A stretch of DNA of 32,959 nt, from NCBI GenBank assembly GCA_018609665.1, contig JAHENN010000119.1, positions 1 through 32,959 on the forward strand, written 5' to 3'. Position 1 is the stretch's first letter; each line of letters begins with the position of its first letter. This DNA comes from Haloarculaceae archaeon. GTDB taxonomy: Archaea > Halobacteriota > Halobacteria > Halobacteriales > Haloarculaceae. The notes under the pieces are model-generated. The model saw nothing but the letters and a program-made list of their open reading frames with translations, ran no database searches and was not told where the DNA came from. The position numbers were made by a program, and so were the translations under genes. Positions 26,259-32,959 of this stretch are shown here, piece after piece.

Positions 26259-27092
26259 TCAGAGGACGTCGGCGACGGCGGGGGCGGCGCTGACCGCCGA
26301 GACGGGTCGCTCGACGGTGTCGGTGCCGTAGACGCCGTCGGCGCCGGCGGCGGCGAGTCTCGTCCGGGCGCCGTCGGTCAGCATCGGGTGGACGCAGGCG
26401 ACGAACACGCGCGCCGGCCGCGACAGCTGGTCGATGGCCGTGCTCATCGTCGCTCCCGTGGCGACGATGTCGTCGACGAGCACCACGTCCCGGCCGGCGG
26501 TCCGGGCGCTGCTGGGCCGGATCTCGACGTCGGTGTCGGAGACGCGGCGCTTCTGGAAGTGGTCGGTCTCGCCGCCGCCGTGGGCGTCCCGGACGGCCGC
26601 CGCCAGCTCGACGGCGCCGGCGTCGGGGGCGAGAAACAGCGGGTCGTCCAGCGCCGGCAGCGGCGCCGCCAGCCGGGGAGCGGCGTCGACGGCCTCGCAG
26701 GGCACCTCGAAGAAGTCACACACCGCCCGCTCGTGGGGGTTGACGACGACGACGCGGTCGGTGCCGGTCGACACCGCCCGGGCGACGGCCCGCGCCGAGA
26801 CGGGCTGTCCGGGCTCGAAGGCCTCGTCCTGGCGGGCGTACCCCATGTACGGCAGGACGGTGACGACCTCCTCGGCCCGCCGGCGGGCGGCGTCCTGCAG
26901 CTGGAGCAGTTCGACGTGGGCGCGGTCGGAGACGGTCGCGGCGACGACGACGGCGCGGTCGTCGGTCTCGGGCACGCGGACGAGCCGCTCGCCGTCGGCG
27001 AAGCGGTCGTACTCGACGGCGGCCAGCGGCTCGTCCAGTTCCGCAGCGAGCGCCGCCGCGACCTCCTGGGAGGCGGAACCGGGCACGATCAT
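26259..27092 (-). CDS. prs: Ribose-phosphate pyrophosphokinase
   Basis: Motifs FADGE, LPYMGYARQD, APDAGA and PRPP-binding VLVDDIVATGATM. Confidence 0.95.
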   Translation of the reverse strand: MIVPGSASQEVAAALAAELDEPLAAVEYDRFADGERLVRVPETDDRAVVVAATVSDRAHVELLQLQDAARRRAEEVVTVLPYMGYARQDEAFEPGQPVSARAVARAVSTGTDRVVVVNPHERAVCDFFEVPCEAVDAAPRLAAPLPALDDPLFLAPDAGAVELAAAVRDAHGGGETDHFQKRRVSDTDVEIRPSSARTAGRDVVLVDDIVATGATMSTAIDQLSRPARVFVACVHPMLTDGARTRLAAAGADGVYGTDTVERPVSAVSAAPAVADVL

Positions 27093-27143
27093 GCGCGGAG
27101 TTGCGGCGCCCGTCGGTAAACACGTTGTCGTTCGCGCCGGCGG

Positions 27144-28016
27144 TCACCGCTCCCGGACGACGACGAACTCCGCGAGGTCCCGGAGGTAGCCGACGGCCTC
27201 CGAGTCGGCGACCTCGGCGGTCTCCAGGGCCGACAGCGCCGCCTCCGACTCCCGGCGGGCCCGCTCGTTGGCCTCCTCGGGGGTCATCTCGGTGATGCGG
27301 ACGAGCGACGGCCGCTCCATCTCGGCGTCCTGGCCGGTTGGCTTGCCGAGTTCGGCGGCGTCGGCGGTCGCGTCGAGGACGTCGTCGCGGATCTGGAAGG
27401 CGATGCCGACCCGCTCGGCGTAGCGGCCGAACGCCTCGACGGTGTAGGCGTCGGCGTCGGCGGCGATGGCGCCCAGCTCCGCCGCCGCGCGGAACAGCGC
27501 CCCCGTCTTCCGGCGCGCCAGCTCCATGTACTCCGCCTCGGTCGTCGGGCGGGCGACGAGCTCGGTCGCCTCGCCCTCGCCGAGCTCGACCATCGCCTCG
27601 CTGACGACCCGCATGGCGCGCTCGTCGGCCGAAAACAGCGCGAACGCCTCCCCGAGCAGCCCGTCGCTGGTGACGATGGCCGACCCGTGGCCGAACGCCG
27701 ACCACGCGCTGTCGACGCCGCGCCGCAGCGCCGACTCGTCGATGATGTCGTCGACGACCAGCGAGGCGTTGTGGACGAGTTCGACCCCGACCGCGAAGTC
27801 GACGGCGTCGTCGGCCGCCGGCGTGCGGTCGTCGTCGTCGACCAGCTCGCCGCCGGCGGCCTCGAAGGCCAGCAGCGTCACCATCGGCCGGACCCGCTTG
27901 CCGCCCGACAGGGAGACGTGCTCCAGCCGCTCGGTCATTTCCTCCGGCTCCGCGGCCTCGAGGACGGGCTCGAGCCGCTCTTCGATGAGCGCCCGACGCC
28001 GCTCGAGGTATTCCAT
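27144..28016 (-). CDS. trans-Isoprenyl (polyprenyl) diphosphate synthase
   Basis: GGKRVRP, first Asp-rich motif VVDDIID..ALRRG, KTGALF, second motif FQIRDDVLD, GKPTGQD; start at MEYLERR. Confidence 0.93.
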   Translation of the reverse strand: MEYLERRRALIEERLEPVLEAAEPEEMTERLEHVSLSGGKRVRPMVTLLAFEAAGGELVDDDDRTPAADDAVDFAVGVELVHNASLVVDDIIDESALRRGVDSAWSAFGHGSAIVTSDGLLGEAFALFSADERAMRVVSEAMVELGEGEATELVARPTTEAEYMELARRKTGALFRAAAELGAIAADADAYTVEAFGRYAERVGIAFQIRDDVLDATADAAELGKPTGQDAEMERPSLVRITEMTPEEANERARRESEAALSALETAEVADSEAVGYLRDLAEFVVVRER

Positions 28017-28289
28017 GAAATCGGTAGGACTGGTCTCCGGAAGTACGTGACGGATGCGACCGGCGCGCCGCCGCGGTCGGCGTACCCCCGCCGGCAGGCC
28101 GTCGCGTCTCCCGGTCGCCGGTAATAGTGGTCTCGTCAACCATGCACCAGGCCGGCACGTCGGGCGTTCCTATCGCGAGTCCGTGGGCGTAGGCAGCGAG
28201 GGGACCGTACGGGACTCCGGGGACCGACCGCGGCGGCCCGGACGCGACTCCGTCTCCCGCTCCCGACGTCGCCGCCGACACATCCGTTC

Positions 28290-28790
28290 ATGCTCTCGAC
28301 ACACGAAACAGCCCCCGACCTCACGCTGCCGGGTATCGACCCGGCCGAGGAATCGATTCGCCAGTTCTCGCTGACCGACGCGCTGACCGACGGGCCCGTC
28401 GTCCTGGTGTTCTCCCCGTTCGACTTCAGCCCCGTCTGCGTCGACCAGCTCTGTACCTTCCGGGACATGGAGTGGCTAACGTTCACCGACGGGGTGGACG
28501 TCTGGGGGGTCTCTCCCGACAGCGCACACAGCCACCGGCGGTTCCTCGAGGAGTACGAACTGAACTTCCCGCTGCTCAGCGACCGTCTCGGGTCGGTCGC
28601 CGACCGGTACGGCGTGCTCATGGACGAGTTCGAACACCACCCGAACGTCCCGAAGCGGTCCATCGTCGCCGTCGACGGCGACCGGGCGGTGCGGCACACC
28701 TGGGACGCCGACACGCAGTACCGCTCGCCCGACCTCGAGGAGGTCGAGGCCGCGATCGACTGGTACCGCCGGGACGACGCCCCCGGGTGA
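28290..28790 (+). CDS. Peroxiredoxin (AhpC/TSA; BCP/PrxQ-like)
   Basis: APDLTL, PFDFSPVCVDQLC (PxxxS/TxxC plus CxxxxC), GVSPDS, FPLLSD and the conserved Arg in KRS. Confidence 0.88.
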   Translation: MLSTHETAPDLTLPGIDPAEESIRQFSLTDALTDGPVVLVFSPFDFSPVCVDQLCTFRDMEWLTFTDGVDVWGVSPDSAHSHRRFLEEYELNFPLLSDRLGSVADRYGVLMDEFEHHPNVPKRSIVAVDGDRAVRHTWDADTQYRSPDLEEVEAAIDWYRRDDAPG

Positions 28791-28836
28791 CGGAATCGGA
28801 CGGGCGCGGTGGCCCCCGGGGCGGCCGCCTCGGCCG

Positions 28837-29802
28837 CTATACGTCGGGCGCCTCGCCGCCGAACTCCTCGATGAGTTCCGGCACGACGTCGAAGAGGTCG
28901 TCGACGATGCCGTAGTCGGCGATGTCGTAGATGGGCGCGCTGGGATCGGTGTTGATGGCGATGATGGTGTCGGCGCCCTTCATCCCGGCGACGTGCTGGA
29001 CGGCCCCGGAGATGCCGATGGCGATGTAGACGTCGGGCGTGACGACCTTCCCCGACTGGCCGACCTGGCGGTTCTTCGGCAGCCAGCCGTTGTCGACGAT
29101 GGGGCGGGAGGAGGACAGCGTCGCCCCGAGGGTGTCGGCGAGTTCCTCAATGAGCGGGATGTTGTCCTCCTCCTCGATGCCGCGGCCGACGGAGACGAGC
29201 ACGTCGGCCTCGGTGATGTCGACGTCGCCGCCGCCGACCTCCTCGAAGCCGTTGACCGTCGTCCCGAGGTCGCCGCCGACGTCGGCGTCGAACGGCTCGA
29301 CGGCGGCGTCGCCGGCCGCCTCGGCCTTCGGCCACTCGGCGGGCCGGACCGTGACGGCGTACTGGTCGGCGTCGACGTCGTAGGTGGTCTCGACCTTGCC
29401 GCCGTACTGCTCGCGGGTGACCTCGATGCCGTCGCCGGCCTCGAAGTCGATGACGTCGGTGATCAGCGGGACGCCGAGCCGCTCGGCGACCGCGGGGACG
29501 TAGTCGAGGCCGTTGACGGAGTTCGGCGCAACCAGCGCCGTCGGCTCCAGCTCGGCGTGGAGCTGCTCGACGGCGTCGGCGTACACCTCGTGGTTGAACT
29601 CCTCGCCCTCGTCGACGGTGTAGATGGTGTCGACGCCCTCGCGGTCGAGCCGGTCGGCGAAGGCGTCGACGTCGCCGCCGACGACGACGACGTCGAGGTC
29701 GCCGCCGGTCGCGTCGGCCAGCCGGCGGCCGGCGGTGATCAGCTCCAGGGAGACGTCCCGGAGCTCGCCGCGGCGGTGCTCGGCGACGGCCAGGACGCTC
29801 AT
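28837..29802 (-). CDS. etfA: Electron transfer flavoprotein subunit alpha
   Basis: Motifs VSVGRG, SSRPIVD, QVGQSGK, GISGAVQHVAGM, AINTD and ADYGIVDDL; coupled to etfB by an ATGA overlap. Confidence 0.95.
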   Translation of the reverse strand: MSVLAVAEHRRGELRDVSLELITAGRRLADATGGDLDVVVVGGDVDAFADRLDREGVDTIYTVDEGEEFNHEVYADAVEQLHAELEPTALVAPNSVNGLDYVPAVAERLGVPLITDVIDFEAGDGIEVTREQYGGKVETTYDVDADQYAVTVRPAEWPKAEAAGDAAVEPFDADVGGDLGTTVNGFEEVGGGDVDITEADVLVSVGRGIEEEDNIPLIEELADTLGATLSSSRPIVDNGWLPKNRQVGQSGKVVTPDVYIAIGISGAVQHVAGMKGADTIIAINTDPSAPIYDIADYGIVDDLFDVVPELIEEFGGEAPDV

Positions 29803-30599
29803 GCGTCGACCACCCCCTTGTCGCGGAGGAAGTCGGCGAGCTCCTCGGCGGTGTCCTCGGAGCTGCCCTCCCAGACGGTGGCGTCGCCCTCCGACTCGGG
29901 CTCGTACATGTCGGTCCGCTCGACGGGCGAGTCGACGACCGACTCGTCGAGGCCGACGTCCTCGAGGTCGTACACCTCCAGCGGCTTGCGCTGGGCCTGC
30001 CGGATGCCCCGCAGGCTGGCGTACCGCGGCTCGTTGATGCCGGTCTGGATCGTGAGGACGGCCGGCAGCTCGACGTCGGTCAGCTCCTCGACGCCGCCCT
30101 CCAGCTCCCGGCGGACGCTGGCGACGCCGGCGTCGGCGTCCAGCTCCAGGGAGTTGACGACGGCGGCCCACTCGACGCCCAGCCGCTCGGCGAGGGCGAC
30201 GCCGGTGGCGCCGTTGGCGTCGTCGGCGGCCTGGACGCCCGACAGCACGAGGTCCGGCTCCTCCTCCTCGGCGACGGCCGCCAGCAGCTCGGCCTTCGCG
30301 TCGAGGTCGAGGAACTGGGCCTCCTCGAGGGCGTCGTCCCAGACGCGGACGGCCCGGTCGGCGCCCTTCGCCAGCGCCATCCGGACGGTCTCCTCGGCCC
30401 GCTCCGGCCCGACCGTGACCGTGACGACCTCGACGTCGTCGTGTCCGTCGGCCTCCGACAGCTGTACGGCCTCCTCGACGGCGTAGTCGTCCCACTCGTT
30501 GAGGTCGTACTCCAGGGAACTCTCGTCGATGTCGAGTCCCGAGATGCTGAACTCGTCGTCGACCTCGGCCACCTCCTTGACTGTGACGAGTATCTTCAT
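29799..30599 (-). CDS. etfB: Electron transfer flavoprotein subunit beta
   Basis: Motifs MKILVTVKEV, NEWDDYAVEEA, ALAKGADRA, GVQAAD and NEPRYASL. Confidence 0.95.
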   Translation of the reverse strand: MKILVTVKEVAEVDDEFSISGLDIDESSLEYDLNEWDDYAVEEAVQLSEADGHDDVEVVTVTVGPERAEETVRMALAKGADRAVRVWDDALEEAQFLDLDAKAELLAAVAEEEEPDLVLSGVQAADDANGATGVALAERLGVEWAAVVNSLELDADAGVASVRRELEGGVEELTDVELPAVLTIQTGINEPRYASLRGIRQAQRKPLEVYDLEDVGLDESVVDSPVERTDMYEPESEGDATVWEGSSEDTAEELADFLRDKGVVDA

Positions 30600-30678
30600 G
30601 ATGATTGTTCGTCGAACCATCGGGGTCGTTCGTGGTTAAACGTTTCCGAACGCGACGGGGCTTGCCCGGAGGGAACCC

Positions 30679-30788
30679 ATACTGCCGGCTGTAGCTATCT
30701 CAAACGGGGATACTCGGAGCCGGAAGTCACAGAACCGTTGCCGTCGAGTATCTCGAACGAGTCTTCACGTAATTACAGCCGACAGTAT
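30679..30788. repeat. 110-bp element with 15-bp terminal inverted repeats and an inner stem (MITE/REP-like)
   Basis: ATACTGCCGGCTGTA (30679-30693) versus TACAGCCGACAGTAT (30774-30788): 14/15 complementary. Inner GATACTCG/CGAGTATC (30709-30716/30745-30752). Lower GC than the flanks. Confidence 0.65.
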
Positions 30789-31840
30789 CAGGAGTCCTCG
30801 CCAGGGTCGATGTCGGTGACGCCCTCCTCCGGGAGGCTGATGAGGTTCTCCCGGCCGATGCGGAGCTTGTCGACCCTGTCGTCGTCCTCCATCGACGACA
30901 GCAGCTGCGAGACCTTGGCGTTCGACCAGCCGGTCTCCTTGACGATTTTGGCCTGTTTCATCCGGCCGCCGTTCTCCTCGAGGAGATGTTCGACGCGCTC
31001 CTCGTCGGAGAGCAGCTCGAGGTCCGGGCCGCCGTCGTCCGTCTCGCCGTCGCCGTCGTCCGGCTCGTCTTCCTCCTCACCTTCCCCGTCGTCAACGCCG
31101 GTCCCCTGGCGGCGGCGCCACAGGAGGTAGACGCCGAGCAGGAGCGCGGTCCCGCTCAGCACCAGCGCGCCGACGAGCAGCGCCGTCGACGGCGACTCGA
31201 GCGGCCCGCCCGACGCCGGCTCGTAGACGATCTCGAAGTAGCCCGGCTCGAAGCTCGCCGGCCCCTCCCACCGGAGGTCGCCGTCCTCGGCGCCGATCGG
31301 CGACGTCGTCGGGGCGGTGTAGCCCGGTGGCGACCGGATGACGAGCGTCTGGTTGGGTCCGAGCCCCGGGAGCCACGTCCCGTCGGTCGTGTTGAACGCG
31401 TCGCCGACGTACATCGTCCCGTTCTCGTCGACCCGGGCGAACGACTCCCAGACGAACGACACGCGCAGTTCGCCGTACCGGTCGGTCCCGTTTCCGGTCG
31501 ACCGCTCGATCAGCTCCGCCGACCGGGTCGGCTCGCCGACCGACATCTCCCGGCCGGTCGCCTCCGCGGCCGACTCGGCGGCCCGCTCGAAGACGTCGAC
31601 CCCGAGCCGGAAGTCCTGTTCGCCTCCCTCGAACGCCTCGGCGAACGACCTGAAGCTGTCGACGTCCCCCTCGTCCTCGAGCGGGACGGTGGCGACGACC
31701 GTCCACCGGGCGTCGCCGTCGTCCTGTAGCTGCACCTCCAGTCGCGTCTCCTCGGCGGGCGGTTGAGCGCCCGCCGGCACGACGCCCGCGAGGAGGGCAC
31801 CAACGAGGAGGGCACAGAGGAGGGGGACCCGAAACCGCAT
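30788..31840 (-). CDS. Membrane-anchored winged-HTH protein (COG2512-like predicted membrane-associated transcriptional regulator)
   Basis: Signal peptide MRFRVPLLCALL..., extracellular beta-rich domain, TM helix plus RRR, acidic linker, then wHTH LLSDEERVEHLLEENGGRMKQAKIVKETGWSNAKVSQLLSSMEDDDRVDKLRIGRENLI. Confidence 0.88.
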   Translation of the reverse strand: MRFRVPLLCALLVGALLAGVVPAGAQPPAEETRLEVQLQDDGDARWTVVATVPLEDEGDVDSFRSFAEAFEGGEQDFRLGVDVFERAAESAAEATGREMSVGEPTRSAELIERSTGNGTDRYGELRVSFVWESFARVDENGTMYVGDAFNTTDGTWLPGLGPNQTLVIRSPPGYTAPTTSPIGAEDGDLRWEGPASFEPGYFEIVYEPASGGPLESPSTALLVGALVLSGTALLLGVYLLWRRRQGTGVDDGEGEEEDEPDDGDGETDDGGPDLELLSDEERVEHLLEENGGRMKQAKIVKETGWSNAKVSQLLSSMEDDDRVDKLRIGRENLISLPEEGVTDIDPGEDS

Positions 31841-31888
31841 ACCTGTGGCATGCACGCCGGTGCGGCAAAACGCTTTCCATCGCCCGAT

Positions 31889-31938
31889 GAAACGTCTGCA
31901 GGCGCTATACGCGCTCTGGACGCATCTGCAGCCGTTTC
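31889..31938. promoter_or_regulatory. 13-bp inverted repeat in divergent promoter region (candidate operator)
   Basis: GAAACGTCTGCAG (31889-31901) and CTGCAGCCGTTTC (31926-31938): 12/13 complementary, 24-bp spacer. Confidence 0.5.
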
Positions 31939-31993
31939 TCACCGAGCCGACGGGACGGCCGGATTTTTATCCACCCGGGTCGAGACGGCCGGT

Positions 31994-32959
31994 ATGGACG
32001 GGTCCCGGACGGTCGCGGTCGCCCTCCTCGTCTGTCTCGGCGCCGTCGGCGGCGTCGCGCTGGCGACGGCACAGCAGCCCTCGCCGATGTCGGTCCAGCC
32101 GGTCGACAACACGGCCAACTACCTCGCCCCCAACGCCAGCGACGTCGAACGCAGCGGCCAGGAGACGACGACGCTCGACGTCGCCGCCAGCGTCGGCGCC
32201 AACGCCGCCGGGGTCCGGTCGACGTTCTCGACGGTGTCGTTCCGGCGCAAGTACGACGACGCCCGGACCGACGCCGAACGGCGGGCGGTCGTCCGCAACG
32301 AGACCGAGCAGCTCGCCGACCGGGTCGACGCGCTCGAGCGGCGCGAGCGGCGGGCCATCGAGGGGTACGCCCGCGGCGAGACGAGCCAAGAGGACCTGTT
32401 CCGCACGCTCGCGGCCATCGACGCCGAGGCCGCGGCCCGGAGTTCGACGGCCACGGAACTCCGGGACCGGGCGGTCGACCTCGAGATGGACGCCGAAGCC
32501 GAGCGGCTGTCGGCGCTGCGGATCCGTCTCGTCCCGCTGCAGGGGCCCGTCAGAGAGGAGATCGTGGAGGGGCTCGACGGCGAGCGGACCCGGGTTCACG
32601 CCGAAACCGCCGGCGGTGGGCTGGTCCTCGCGACGGTGCGGGAAAACGAGAACGGCAACCTCGTCTACGTCCGCGAGGCGTACGACCCGGGAATCAGGAC
32701 CGTCGGCCCCGACGACCGGTACGAGGGCGACGTCGGCGCGGTGTTCAACCGCCTGGGGGAGATTTACCCCTGGGTGAACGCGGGCGACGTCGGCGTCGCC
32801 GACGCGAACTTCATCAGCGCGGGCGACGACCGGCTGTACAGCATCACCTACGAGCACGACCACGGTCGGCTGACGCCGTACCTCGACGGGGGCTCCAACC
32901 GGGTGGTCAGGGAGACCCAGCGCCTGCGGGTCGCCACGCTGCCGACCGAGAGCCGCAAC
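31994..32959 (+). CDS. Secreted hypothetical haloarchaeal protein with coiled-coil region, 3'-truncated by window (not in ORF track)
   Basis: Starts MDGSRTVAVALLVCLGAVGGVALATAQQ...NTANYL...; open to the window end with acidic, high-GC3 codons. TATA-like TTTTTAT at 31964-31970. Confidence 0.85.
   Translation, partial: MDGSRTVAVALLVCLGAVGGVALATAQQPSPMSVQPVDNTANYLAPNASDVERSGQETTTLDVAASVGANAAGVRSTFSTVSFRRKYDDARTDAERRAVVRNETEQLADRVDALERRERRAIEGYARGETSQEDLFRTLAAIDAEAAARSSTATELRDRAVDLEMDAEAERLSALRIRLVPLQGPVREEIVEGLDGERTRVHAETAGGGLVLATVRENENGNLVYVREAYDPGIRTVGPDDRYEGDVGAVFNRLGEIYPWVNAGDVGVADANFISAGDDRLYSITYEHDHGRLTPYLDGGSNRVVRETQRLRVATLPTESRN

Noticed and set aside
28142-28192. 16-codon ORF MHQAGTSGVPIASPWA upstream of the peroxiredoxin
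   Set aside because: Too short, with atypical codons and no well-spaced TATA box; cannot be supported.
1-32959. CRISPR array, IS transposase, integrase/provirus or defence island
   Set aside because: I found no regularly spaced repeats, no transposase or integrase motifs and no extended low-GC segment. The recurrent GTCGAC and GACGAC words reflect Val/Asp codon usage.

Overview
This is a very GC-rich, gene-dense chromosomal window from a halophilic archaeon (class Halobacteria). The assignment rests on acidic proteins, archaeal rpl40e, tsr3 and ileS, Tat lipoproteins and leaderless-style TATA promoters. Most genes are housekeeping or common haloarchaeal genes. In order: a partial PAP2 phosphatase, glnA with divergent lrp, hisH, a phnDCE ABC transporter, family-4 UDG with a DUF99/EndoV-like gene and a small acidic protein, an MBL hydrolase, rpl40e, an enolase-superfamily orphan, tsr3, serS, a second MBL hydrolase, a CPA antiporter with RCK domains, an aldehyde:ferredoxin oxidoreductase, an ACT protein, ileS, a secreted gluzincin, prs, a polyprenyl synthase, a peroxiredoxin and etfAB. 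I saw no rRNA, tRNA, CRISPR array or transposase. The best leads are: (i) a three-domain wHTH protein at 14579-15439; (ii) a membrane-tethered wHTH regulator facing a secreted-protein gene across a 13-bp inverted repeat; (iii) a 110-bp MITE/REP-like element with nested inverted repeats; (iv) a probable internal start that would yield a soluble RCK subunit; (v) an unannotated 37-aa acidic protein; and (vi) two or three gene relics. All family assignments come from motif recognition by eye, with no database searches.
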